This document shows, in pieces, positions 18,190 through 27,503 of a stretch of 64,000 nucleotides of DNA (positions within the stretch are counted from its first letter, which is position 1; every line of letters begins with the position of its first letter). Origin of the DNA: an uncultured Oscillospiraceae bacterium (GTDB taxonomy: Bacteria; Bacillota; Clostridia; Oscillospirales; Ruminococcaceae); the NCBI GenBank assembly GCA_964370165.1, contig CAYJIG010000001.1:32292-96291 (forward strand), written 5' to 3'. Position numbers and translations under genes: made by a program. The notes under the pieces were generated by a model. The model saw nothing but the letters and a program-made list of their open reading frames with translations, was not told where the DNA came from and made no database searches.

Positions 18190-19548
18190 ATGTCCGTATT
18201 GACAGAGAGAACAGAGAAAAAACAATTTGCTAAAACAGTGGCGGCCTTGGTTATCCCGATGGCAATTCAAAACCTGATAAACGTAGGGGTACAAAGTGCC
18301 GACGTTGTGATGCTGGGCATGGTTGGACAAACAGCACTTTCGGCGGCATCTTTAGCAGGCCAGGTGCAGTTTGTGATGATGCTGGTGTTTTTCGGCCTAG
18401 CGTCGGGAGCATCGGTACTTACCGCGCAGTACTGGGGTAAAGGCGATACACGCACCATAGAAAAAGTTATAGCGATATCTTTGCGCATCAGTATCAGCGT
18501 GGCTTTGATATTTGCAGTGAGTGCAGTGGTTTTTCCACAGTATTTAATGCGTATTTTTACACCGGAACAAGCGCTGATTACCGAGGGGGCACGATATCTG
18601 CGGCTGGTTGCACCAAGTTATCTGATAGTGGCATTCACCAGTGTGTATCTTACTATTTTGCGAAGTGTAGAAAAAGTGATTATTTCCACAGTGGTTTATT
18701 CGATTTCACTTTTTGTAAACATCGGATTTAACGCTATTTTTATTTTTGGCCTGTTTGGTATGCCGGAAATGGGAATTGCAGGCGCCGCCATAGGCACTAC
18801 CTTGGCACGTATAGTAGAATTAGTCATAGTAAGCATATACATGGCTAAAAACAAGATGATAAGACTGCGCTGGAAAGATTTTTTTACAAAACATGGCGTG
18901 CTAATGCAAGACTTTATGAGATATGCCATGCCAACCATGATAAACGAGCTGGTATGGTCGCTGGGTGTTGCAACAAACGCTGTGATAATAGGGCATTTGG
19001 GTGAAGCGGCTGTAGCGGCGAATAGTGTGGGTAACGTGACACGCCAGCTGGCCACAGTGGTAAGCTTCGGCGTGGCAAACGCCACCGCCATAATGATAGG
19101 CAAAGCTTTGGGTACAGGAGACATGGATACTGCAAAGTTGTATGCAAAGCGCATGGTTCGCCTAGCCATGACATCAGGCTTATGTGGTGGTTTGTTGATA
19201 GTTGCAATTCGTCCGATTATTTTGTCGTTTATGCGTCTTTCAGACCAGGCAAACGGCTATCTTTCGTTTTTACTTTTTGTGTTGGCGGGATATGTGTTGC
19301 TACAAACATTCAACGCAACCATGATAGTAGGAGTTTTCCGTGGCGGCGGCGACACACGCTTTGGCCTGTTTTTAGACACAGTATGTATGTGGGGATTTAG
19401 TATATTGATTAGTGCTGTGGCGGCGTTTATCTTCCATTGGCCGGTAGAGGTGGTATATATTATCATTATGGCAGATGAAATTGTGAAGATGCCGTTGGCG
19501 CTGATAAGATACAAAAAAGGCGTTTGGCTGCGGAATGTTACACGATAA
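18190..19548 (+). CDS. MATE-family efflux transporter
   Basis: 452 aa with 12 predicted TM helices. N-terminal AALVIPMAIQNLINVGVQSADVVMLG is typical of MatE repeats. Confidence 0.9.
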   Translation: MSVLTERTEKKQFAKTVAALVIPMAIQNLINVGVQSADVVMLGMVGQTALSAASLAGQVQFVMMLVFFGLASGASVLTAQYWGKGDTRTIEKVIAISLRISISVALIFAVSAVVFPQYLMRIFTPEQALITEGARYLRLVAPSYLIVAFTSVYLTILRSVEKVIISTVVYSISLFVNIGFNAIFIFGLFGMPEMGIAGAAIGTTLARIVELVIVSIYMAKNKMIRLRWKDFFTKHGVLMQDFMRYAMPTMINELVWSLGVATNAVIIGHLGEAAVAANSVGNVTRQLATVVSFGVANATAIMIGKALGTGDMDTAKLYAKRMVRLAMTSGLCGGLLIVAIRPIILSFMRLSDQANGYLSFLLFVLAGYVLLQTFNATMIVGVFRGGGDTRFGLFLDTVCMWGFSILISAVAAFIFHWPVEVVYIIIMADEIVKMPLALIRYKKGVWLRNVTR

Positions 19549-19574
19549 GCAGTTATTTACATGAGGAGAGAGAT

Positions 19575-20294
19575 ATGCTTAGAACAATTGGATGGATTTT
19601 GTGGTTTTTTGCGTATATGCTTTGCCGTATACCACGCATTTGGATGGCAAAAAACAAAAGCGAGGCCGAGTATCGTGCTATTATCGACAAAGAAGTAGCG
19701 GTATGGGCCGGGAAACTGCTACGTAATGTAAAAACATATGTGACGGTAGAAGGAAAAGAAAACCTGCCGGCGCCGGGCGAGACGGTGGTGTATGTGGCAA
19801 ACCATCAAAGTTATCTTGATATACCCATTGTGTTGGCCGAGATATGGCCACCGCCGCCTATTTTAGCGAAAAGAGAACTGGGTAAAGTACCACTGCTTGG
19901 GTATTGTATGCGCCTTTTGGGCTGTGTGTTTGTGGAACGAGACGATGCCAGAAGCGGTATGGAAGCCCTGCGAAAAGCGCAAGAAACGGTGGAAAATGGA
20001 CGCTCGATGGTGGTGTTTCCCGAAGGAACACGCTCGAAATCAGATGAAATGACAAAGTTTCAAGGCGGCGCGGTACGCTTGGCGCTGAAGGCAGGAGTGC
20101 CTGTGATACCTGTGGTGATAGACGGTAGCTATAAAGGCTTAGAGGGTAACGGATTCCGCCTACAAAAGTCAGATGTGCGCATGGTGATATTGCCGCGCGT
20201 TGAAACGAAAAACTTAGATAAAGCACAGCAAAGGGAACTTCCGCAAGTGCTAGAACAAATGATAAAGGCGAAAAAAGACAGCGTAGAAAAATAG
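19575..20294 (+). CDS. plsC: 1-acyl-sn-glycerol-3-phosphate acyltransferase
   Basis: NHQSYLD (HxxxxD) and VFPEGTRS acyltransferase motifs. RBS GAGGAGAG precedes ATG 19575. Confidence 0.85.
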   Translation: MLRTIGWILWFFAYMLCRIPRIWMAKNKSEAEYRAIIDKEVAVWAGKLLRNVKTYVTVEGKENLPAPGETVVYVANHQSYLDIPIVLAEIWPPPPILAKRELGKVPLLGYCMRLLGCVFVERDDARSGMEALRKAQETVENGRSMVVFPEGTRSKSDEMTKFQGGAVRLALKAGVPVIPVVIDGSYKGLEGNGFRLQKSDVRMVILPRVETKNLDKAQQRELPQVLEQMIKAKKDSVEK

Positions 20295-20359
20295 TGATGA
20301 AAAAATAGCCTGCACGAAAAATGCAGACATAACACTACCGGGAAGGATGGCGCACACTC

Positions 20360-22129
20360 ATGACACAACTCCAAAAGTATGGCATATGGCGATGTATTAT
20401 GGCTGTAGTGCTGGCGCTGGCGCTGGTGATGAGTCCTGTGGCGATATCGGCGTCGTCTGTGTCGGGCTCACAGCAAGAGGATAGCAGCTCAGCAGACAGT
20501 AGTGTAGCAGACAGTAGCGTAGTAGATAGCAGTGTGCCGGACAGCCAAGCAGAGCCTACAGAAGAAAGCGTGTTGGCGCCTTCAGGTGAGGGTCTTTACA
20601 AGCCCGAGTATGAGCCTATGGCCGAGGCGTGGTGTATGATAAACGAAGAAACGGGGCTGTTTGTAAGCGAGAAAAATGCCGATGCTGTGTTGGTGCCCGG
20701 CAGTCTTGTGAAGATGATGACGGTGCTTCTTGCCATGGAACAGGTGGAAAAATTCGGATGGGATTTAGACACTACCATGGTGGACACCACCGATGCGACA
20801 TGGGTGTATGACATAATGGTGAACTATCGTGCTACAGTAGGCGAGCCGTCACATGCCGACATACGCCAAGGCGAAACGCTTAGCCTGCGGGAACTTTTCT
20901 ATGCGGCGCTACTACCCAGCGCAAACGAGGCGGCCATGATACTGGCGGATTTTGTCAGCACAGGTAGCATGGTGAACTTCATGTATATGATGAATACCAG
21001 AGCGGATAGTTTGGGTTGTGAAAACACATATTTTGTGGACGTGACGGGTATGTCGGATGAAAACCGTACCACGGCAAGGGATATGACCATTATCACACGT
21101 GCGTTTATGGATAATGAAATACTGGTGGAAATGGCCAGAGAAGATGCGTTTGAGATTGCCGCGCATGAAAAGCATACAAGCTCGTATTATGTTCATGCAA
21201 CAAACAGGCTGGTGGTGCCCAGCAGTCCTTATTATCAGGCGTTTTATGGTATAGGTGAGTATATTGTTGCGGGAAAAACAGGTAGCTTGGGCGAGTGGCA
21301 GAATTTTGCATCAAAGGCAAGTAAAAGCGGAGAAAGCTATATATGTGTGGTGATGAATAGCCCATACGAGGCCGATTTGATAGCACCCACACAGGGTACA
21401 GAGGAAGAGCCTGCGCCGGAAAGGCCGGCGCTGTACGAAACGGCGGCGCTGTATGACTGGGCGTTTAATAACCTTTATGTAGACGGGGTGCTAGACACTT
21501 CGCTGGCGGTGACAGAAGTGCCGGTGGAAGATGCGATGGGCCAAGATACACTGAAGTTATTGCCGACAGGTGATGTGAGGGTGGTGCTTCACCAAGATGT
21601 GGGCGAAGATATAGTGAAACGCAACTATACATTGCCGCAGTATATAGAAGCGCCGATAGAACAAGGCGAGGTGGTGGGCAGCATAGAGCTATCCATCGGG
21701 GAGCAAGAAATAGGTAGCGTGCCACTGAAAACAGAAAAAGCAGTGGAACGAAACAGTACAGTATATGCTATAAATAGGGTAGAAGACTTTTTCAGCTCGA
21801 CATATTTTATGGTGCTGATAGTGCTTGTATTGCTGGTGGCGGGTGGATATGCCGCCGTGGTGGCGCTTGGAGCAAAACGTTATAAACAAGGAAAACCTGC
21901 CTTTTCAGTAAGAAAGCGTGTGAAAAAATCACCGCCGCAAAAAAATAAACCCGTAAAAAGAAGCGAGCAAAGAAAACAAGGACAAACATCTAAAAGAAGG
22001 CAAAGTGGTACATATGGAAAAAACGGACAAGTGGTGGACAGCTGGCGATTACCGGTGGAAAAAGACGGGAACGTTCCGTTTACAGTGCAAATGGGTGGCA
22101 AATCGAAAAACAGTAAGAAAAAACGATAG
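20360..22129 (+). CDS. D-alanyl-D-alanine carboxypeptidase (peptidase S11, PBP5-like) with C-terminal TM and basic tail
   Basis: SLVK (SxxK), SANE (SxN) and KTGS (KTG) motifs. Signal/TM at the N-terminus, an S/D-rich linker, a C-terminal TM helix and a Lys/Arg-rich tail. Confidence 0.85.
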   Translation: MTQLQKYGIWRCIMAVVLALALVMSPVAISASSVSGSQQEDSSSADSSVADSSVVDSSVPDSQAEPTEESVLAPSGEGLYKPEYEPMAEAWCMINEETGLFVSEKNADAVLVPGSLVKMMTVLLAMEQVEKFGWDLDTTMVDTTDATWVYDIMVNYRATVGEPSHADIRQGETLSLRELFYAALLPSANEAAMILADFVSTGSMVNFMYMMNTRADSLGCENTYFVDVTGMSDENRTTARDMTIITRAFMDNEILVEMAREDAFEIAAHEKHTSSYYVHATNRLVVPSSPYYQAFYGIGEYIVAGKTGSLGEWQNFASKASKSGESYICVVMNSPYEADLIAPTQGTEEEPAPERPALYETAALYDWAFNNLYVDGVLDTSLAVTEVPVEDAMGQDTLKLLPTGDVRVVLHQDVGEDIVKRNYTLPQYIEAPIEQGEVVGSIELSIGEQEIGSVPLKTEKAVERNSTVYAINRVEDFFSSTYFMVLIVLVLLVAGGYAAVVALGAKRYKQGKPAFSVRKRVKKSPPQKNKPVKRSEQRKQGQTSKRRQSGTYGKNGQVVDSWRLPVEKDGNVPFTVQMGGKSKNSKKKR

Positions 22130-22159
22130 CTTGAATGCAAATAAAGAAAGAGGATAAAC

Positions 22160-23614
22160 ATGGCCAAAGCAGAACCGTTATCACGCAACCTTACCATGCT
22201 GATGGATTTTTATGAGCTTACCATGGCGGCAGGGTATTTTGATGGAAAGTATCAAGATTATGTTGCAGTATTTGATATGTTTTACAGAAGAGTGCCGGAC
22301 GGTGGCGGATTTGCCATCATGGCCGGTCTTCAGCAGTTTATTGAAGCTATGGAAAACTTTGGGTTTTCTGAGGATGATATTACATACCTGAGGCAAAAAA
22401 ACCTGTTCAGCGAAGAGTTTTTACAATATCTGGCTGATTTTGAGTTTCATTGCAACGTTTGGGCGGTGGAAGAAGGCATGCCTATATTCCCGCACGAGCC
22501 TATCGTGACGGTGGAAGGCCCGTGCATCGAGGCCCAGCTGATAGAAACACTGTTACTGCTTACCATCAATCATCAAAGCCTTATCGCAACAAAGGCCAAC
22601 CGTGTGGTGCGTGCGTGTAAAGGCCGGCCGGTGATGGAGTTTGGCGCAAGAAGAGCGCAAGGGTATGATGCGGCGGTGTACGGTGCACGTGCGGCATATA
22701 TTGCGGGGTGTTCCTCCACCAGCAACGTCATGGCAGACAGGCTGTTTGGCATTCCGGCTGTAGGCACCATGGCACACAGCTGGGTGCAGATGTTTGATAC
22801 CGAATACGAGGCGTTTTCTGAATATGCGCAAAAATATCCAGACAACTGCATATTGCTGGTAGATACATATAACACACTAAAAAGCGGGTTGCCAAACGCC
22901 ATACGTGTGTTTGACGAAGTGCTGAAGCCGCAAGGCAAGCGTCCCGGTGGTATTCGTATTGACTCGGGCGATATTGCGTATCTTTCAAAGCGAGCACGCA
23001 AGATGCTGGTCGAGGCGGGATATCCCGACGCAAAAATATGCTCGTCAAACTCGCTGGACGAGTATATTGTAAGGGATTTATTCCAGCAAAACGCCGAAGT
23101 GGATATTTTTGGCATCGGCGAAAATTTGATAACATCAAAGAGCGATCCCGTGTTTGGCGGGGTGTATAAGCTGGTGGCGGTGAAGCATAGTGGACGGTAT
23201 ACGCCAAAAATAAAAGTGAGCGAAACGGTGGAAAAAACCACCATACCATGCCTGAAAAAGCTATGGCGACTATATGACAACGAAACAGGCAACGCCATGG
23301 CGGACTATATCACGCTGTTTGACGAAGAACCTGACTGCAAAGACGGCATAACACTGTTTGATCCGGTGGAAACATGGAAACAACGCACGTTTTACAATTG
23401 CACCATCCGCAGGATTAATGTGCCGATTTACGAAAAAGGAAAGCTGGTATACAGCATGCCGGACATTCATGCTGTGCGTGAAAACTGTAAAAAACAAGTA
23501 AATACACTGTGGGAAGAAGTGATGCGGTTTGAGTATCCACATAAATATTATGTGGATTTATCGCAGGCACTTTGGGACGAGCGCCAGCGTCTTTTGAAAG
23601 AAATAGGAAAATAA
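22160..23614 (+). CDS. pncB: Nicotinate phosphoribosyltransferase
   Basis: N-terminal LMDFYELTMAAGYF and internal GTMAHSWVQ are typical of NAPRTase. Confidence 0.9.
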   Translation: MAKAEPLSRNLTMLMDFYELTMAAGYFDGKYQDYVAVFDMFYRRVPDGGGFAIMAGLQQFIEAMENFGFSEDDITYLRQKNLFSEEFLQYLADFEFHCNVWAVEEGMPIFPHEPIVTVEGPCIEAQLIETLLLLTINHQSLIATKANRVVRACKGRPVMEFGARRAQGYDAAVYGARAAYIAGCSSTSNVMADRLFGIPAVGTMAHSWVQMFDTEYEAFSEYAQKYPDNCILLVDTYNTLKSGLPNAIRVFDEVLKPQGKRPGGIRIDSGDIAYLSKRARKMLVEAGYPDAKICSSNSLDEYIVRDLFQQNAEVDIFGIGENLITSKSDPVFGGVYKLVAVKHSGRYTPKIKVSETVEKTTIPCLKKLWRLYDNETGNAMADYITLFDEEPDCKDGITLFDPVETWKQRTFYNCTIRRINVPIYEKGKLVYSMPDIHAVRENCKKQVNTLWEEVMRFEYPHKYYVDLSQALWDERQRLLKEIGK

Positions 23615-23623
23615 TAAGCATAA

Positions 23624-23667
23624 TAAAAAACAAGGCTACCCGTGAATGAGGTAGCCTTGCTTTTTTA
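23624..23667. terminator. Bidirectional terminator between convergent pncB and the PspC-domain gene
   Basis: CAAGGCTACC (23631-23640) pairs with GGTAGCCTTG (23650-23659), flanked by an A-run and a T-run. Confidence 0.85.
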
Positions 23668-23680
23668 TTGTAAGCTTGAT

Positions 23681-23878
23681 TTATTGTGGCGCGTGTGGAA
23701 TCACAGCAGCACAAACGAGGTATGCAACGCCTGTTGTGACGAACATACCCATAAACAAAAGTAAAACGGCAATTAAACGGACAATGGTGGGGTCGACATT
23801 GAAATATTCCGCAATGCCGCCACACACACCACTAATCATATGATTTGCACGGCTGCGGTAAAGACGTTTAGGTTCCAT
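23681..23878 (-). CDS. PspC-domain membrane protein
   Basis: RLYRSRANHMISGVCGGIAEYFNVDPTIVRLIAVLL is the PspC domain signature. 65 aa. Confidence 0.85.
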   Translation of the reverse strand: MEPKRLYRSRANHMISGVCGGIAEYFNVDPTIVRLIAVLLLFMGMFVTTGVAYLVCAAVIPHAPQ

Positions 23879-23923
23879 GAGATCTCCTTTATAAGATGTT
23901 TTATGATGCGAAGCAAGCTGTTA

Positions 23924-24892
23924 TTAATTGAAAATGACCTCTACGTTGCCAATATCGGAAGCCAGATCAAAATGTGGGCCTCCGCTTCCTTCGGAACCAT
24001 TTGATGTCTGAGAAAAACTGCTCATATTGTTGTGGCCGATAGACACGTTTCCTATCGAACTATCAACATTCCAGCTGTAAGAGCCGGGATGAGGAACTTC
24101 AATAATAATATTGCCGATGTCGGAATTGGCCCAAAGATTGTCTGAAATATTCCCGTGGAACTCGATATTGCCAACATCGGTCGACAGCTCGCAAACATCA
24201 GTTTGCAAGTTTTTGGTTTCAATGTTGCCAACGTCTGCCGATAAGCTGGTTGTTTCTGCCGTTATATCATCTAAAATGAGCGAGCCTGCATTTACACTTG
24301 CGTTTAGTTCTTCCAGCGTGATGTCGGAAACAAAAACCTCGCCAGCAGAAACAGTGATATCAAGTTCTTCAAAACTAGACGGCACAACTAAGGTGAACAC
24401 AGTCTCGTCCGGCCTGAAAAGCCACCAAAATTGCCTCCATAGGCTGTGAAAAATCGTATCTTCGGTGCGGATGGACCAAGTACCGTTTTCAAAGTTTGCG
24501 CTATATGGGACAAAACCATCGACGCTGAGACCCCAGTCGTCTCCACTGACAACATACATGGTGCTAAGGCCGATATCAATGTTGAGATTGTTTAGCTCAT
24601 CATCGGCAAAAGGTGCGGTCTGTTGGGGCAGTCCGTCATGTATGCCGGGTGTTGATATTGTTTGGTATATAACACGGCTACTGATGCCTATGCCACCCGG
24701 AATGTAGGACATCCAACTTGCTGCTTTTCCAACCACGATATCCTCGCCTTGTGAATGATATACCATGTTGCCCTGTGTGTCAGGCGCGAATACACCAAAA
24801 CGGCCACCCAACACGAAAAATCCAACAAGCATTAAAATAATGCCTAAAAATGTGATGCAAAGAAAAATTGCAGGTAATATTTTTTTACTCAT
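23924..24892 (-). CDS. DUF4097-family beta-strand repeat protein (LiaG/YvlB-like putative adhesin fold)
   Basis: N-terminal TM, then repeated D(I/V)GN(I/V)E strands: SADVGNIE, STDVGNIE, NSDIGNII, SSIGNVS, ASDIGNVE. Confidence 0.8.
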   Translation of the reverse strand: MSKKILPAIFLCITFLGIILMLVGFFVLGGRFGVFAPDTQGNMVYHSQGEDIVVGKAASWMSYIPGGIGISSRVIYQTISTPGIHDGLPQQTAPFADDELNNLNIDIGLSTMYVVSGDDWGLSVDGFVPYSANFENGTWSIRTEDTIFHSLWRQFWWLFRPDETVFTLVVPSSFEELDITVSAGEVFVSDITLEELNASVNAGSLILDDITAETTSLSADVGNIETKNLQTDVCELSTDVGNIEFHGNISDNLWANSDIGNIIIEVPHPGSYSWNVDSSIGNVSIGHNNMSSFSQTSNGSEGSGGPHFDLASDIGNVEVIFN

Positions 24893-25724
24893 TTACAGTT
24901 TCCTCCTGTTTGCCACTGCGATGGAATATTTTGTTCCATATAGACACGATGCCACCCCATATGTATCGACAGAATTTGGGTAAAGCTTTAAACAAAAGTA
25001 TTATTCCGCCGTAAAATAACAATAGTCCAAGTCCCAGCAAAAACACGCCAGAGCCGATTACCAACACGCCGCTACCCACAAGACTGGGGAGCAAGGCGGC
25101 GCCACTGGCGATAAGAACGATGGCGGAAATGATAAGTGCAACACCGATGATGATGGGACAAAAAAACAAAATGACAATAGCGCTTATCACTGAAAAAAGT
25201 GTGCCAAAGCCGCCGGCAAGAACAGGCAATAAAACCACGCATGCAAGAATAATCAAGATGATTTTGGCAACGGTGTTACCGGTTGTGCTATAGCTGTTTA
25301 TAGGTGGCGGCGGCGGTGGCGGTGCCTGATTTGTCATAGGAGGCACCGGAGCAGTGGCCGTATATTGCGGTGGCGGTGGTGGCTGTGTTTTGGGCACCTC
25401 GGTGGTGAATTCACTTTGTACTTTTTGGAAAAGGTCTTCGCCTGCATGTAAGATGGATTTACCGGCAGTTTTCAGCGCCTCGCCTACAGGTGGTGGCGGG
25501 TTTGGCGGACCCCACTGCTCCTCTTCAGAATATGTGCCCTGTGCGTCTAAAATATCTGCGGCGATACTTTGCGGGCTACCAAGCTCTTTTATTACATCCT
25601 CTTCACGCTCAGGTCCGGCCTCGTCTAAATATTCGGTGTAATACTGCAAAGCGGCTTGCCTTTCGCCCATAGAAGCACCGCTCAGCTCCTTTTCAAGCGT
25701 TAGTAAAAATTCATGTTTGGTCAT
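24885..25724 (-). CDS. DUF1700-domain membrane protein (PadR-associated sensor-like)
   Basis: MTKHEFLLTLEKELSG...RQAALQYYTEYLDEAG...ELGSPQSIAADIL is the DUF1700 N-domain. A poly-Pro linker and about 4 TM helices follow. GGAGGAAC lies 5 nt before ATG 25724. Overlaps both neighbouring genes. Confidence 0.75.
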   Translation of the reverse strand: MTKHEFLLTLEKELSGASMGERQAALQYYTEYLDEAGPEREEDVIKELGSPQSIAADILDAQGTYSEEEQWGPPNPPPPVGEALKTAGKSILHAGEDLFQKVQSEFTTEVPKTQPPPPPQYTATAPVPPMTNQAPPPPPPPINSYSTTGNTVAKIILIILACVVLLPVLAGGFGTLFSVISAIVILFFCPIIIGVALIISAIVLIASGAALLPSLVGSGVLVIGSGVFLLGLGLLLFYGGIILLFKALPKFCRYIWGGIVSIWNKIFHRSGKQEETVNE

Positions 25725-26037
25725 TACAGGTTCCTCCGAATAATAAATTTTCGATTTTCTCACGATGGCTTTGCCACTCTGTTCGGCACTCTTGCAAATA
25801 TTCACGCCCTTGCTGTGTGATGGTGTAATAGCGGCGGTTGCGCCCGTCATAGGCCTGGTCGTAAGCGGCCAAATGACCGTTTTTTTGCAGGCGCCTCAGC
25901 ACGGGATACAGGGTGCTTTCGCTCACTTCTACCACACTGCGCACATCCTGGGTGATTTTGTACCCATATGTATCGCTTTGGTTGACAGCGCTTAGAACCA
26001 GTGCCTCTAAAAGGGCTGCCCCTGTGTTAAAGGTCAT
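25711..26037 (-). CDS. PadR-family transcriptional regulator
   Basis: The winged-HTH signature is GYKITQDV...STLYPVLRRLQKNGHLAAY...RRYYTITQQGREYL. AAGGAG lies upstream. The start is ATG 26037 (9-nt spacing) or 26043. Confidence 0.9.
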   Translation of the reverse strand: MTFNTGAALLEALVLSAVNQSDTYGYKITQDVRSVVEVSESTLYPVLRRLQKNGHLAAYDQAYDGRNRRYYTITQQGREYLQECRTEWQSHREKIENLLFGGTCNDQT

Positions 26038-26311
26038 AAGCATATTCTCCTTGTGGCTAGTTAATGTGGGTTCAACAATATTATAACGTGTATAATATAG
26101 ATAGTCAATATAATATTGCAAAATATATTATTTTAGCGGCGAATAAAATATTGCGTAATAAAATAGTTACTATTGCGACAAAAGGGCGGTTGTGATAAAA
26201 TATTATCAATCTGCTGTTATTGATAGGCAATGAAAAATGCTGTGATGCAGTGATGAGAAAGTATATAAAAATCGCCCATGATAACGCGTAAAAAACAAAG
26301 GATGGTAGCAT

Positions 26312-27481
26312 ATGTTTGTAGTAAAGACATTGAATAACATTTCACCCAACGGAATATCGTGCTTGCCAACGTCGCTTTTTCAGATTGAAGAGCAAGACGC
26401 ACAAGTGAATCCAGATGGGGTGTTGTTACGTAGTTACAATATGAACGACATGGACTTGCCCGAGAGCTTGCTTGCGGTAGCTCGTGCAGGCGCAGGGGTA
26501 AACAACATTCCGGTAGAGAAGTGTACCGAAGAGGGAATAGTGGTGTTTAACACACCCGGTGCAAACGCAAACGCCGTAAAAGAACTGGTTTTGGCGGCGC
26601 TGGTGATGAGCTCTCGTGACGTTGCTTCGGGCATTAAATGGGCCAGCACCATTAAAGATGAAGGCGATGATGTGCCTGCTTTGGTAGAAAAAGGCAAAAA
26701 CAAGTTTGTGGGCCCGGAACTTGAAGGGAAAACCCTGGGCGTTATCGGTCTTGGTGCTATCGGCATCAAAGTGGCAAACATGGCAACACACCTGCATATG
26801 GAAGTGCTGGGGTATGATCCGTTTATTTCGGTGGATGCTGCGTGGAGCTTGTCACGTAGTGTGAAACATTCTGTCAATCTTTCGGATGTTATCCAAAACA
26901 GCGATTATTTGACACTTCACTTGCCGGTAAACGCCGAAACACGTGGAATTATCGGGAACGAAACCATACCAAAAATGAAGCAAGGTGCACGTATCATAAA
27001 CTTTGCCAGAGGCGAGCTTGTGGACAACGCAGCCTTGCTGACAGCGCTTGGCAACGGCCGAGTGGCAAGTTATGTTACAGACTTTCCTGTGGCAGAGCTA
27101 ATTGACCAGCCGGGTGTCACATGTATCCCGCATCTTGGTGCGTCCACACCTGAAAGTGAAGACAACTGTGCCGTGATGGCGGCAAACCAGCTGAAAGATT
27201 ACCTCATCAACGGCAATATAGTAAACAGTGTGAATTTACCGAATATTTCGGTGCCACGCAGTGCAGGCAGCCGCATTTGTGTGATAAACCGTAACGAAAA
27301 AGGTATTTTGGCAGGCCTAACCGGCGTTTTAAACCATTCCGGAGTAAATATCGAAAACATGACAAACAAAAGCAGAGGAGACTTTGCATATACTATTATT
27401 GATGTGCAAGCTAAGATAAGTGAAGAGGATGTCGCTCAGCTAAAAGCTTTGGACGGCGTTGTGCGTGTACGTGTTATTTAA
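26312..27481 (+). CDS. serA: D-3-phosphoglycerate dehydrogenase (2-hydroxyacid dehydrogenase plus C-terminal ACT domain)
   Basis: GVIGLGAIGIKVA NAD-binding motif, catalytic region NFARGELVD...PHLGAST, and an ACT-like C-terminus. Confidence 0.85.
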   Translation: MFVVKTLNNISPNGISCLPTSLFQIEEQDAQVNPDGVLLRSYNMNDMDLPESLLAVARAGAGVNNIPVEKCTEEGIVVFNTPGANANAVKELVLAALVMSSRDVASGIKWASTIKDEGDDVPALVEKGKNKFVGPELEGKTLGVIGLGAIGIKVANMATHLHMEVLGYDPFISVDAAWSLSRSVKHSVNLSDVIQNSDYLTLHLPVNAETRGIIGNETIPKMKQGARIINFARGELVDNAALLTALGNGRVASYVTDFPVAELIDQPGVTCIPHLGASTPESEDNCAVMAANQLKDYLINGNIVNSVNLPNISVPRSAGSRICVINRNEKGILAGLTGVLNHSGVNIENMTNKSRGDFAYTIIDVQAKISEEDVAQLKALDGVVRVRVI

Positions 27482-27503
27482 AACATAAGAAAAGAGGTAC
27501 ACA

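Noticed and set aside
22573-23298. 241-aa and 173-aa minus-strand ORFs
   Set aside because: They are antisense to pncB, which has diagnostic NAPRTase motifs. They have no RBS and no recognisable domain.
25725-25850. N-terminal extension of ORF 24885..25850 overlapping the PadR gene (and similar extensions at 62090..62221, 53833..53880, 53940..54125 and 16106..16129)
   Set aside because: Internal ATG/GTG codons with well-spaced AGGAGG-type sites coincide with the family-typical N-termini. The extensions have no homology-like features.
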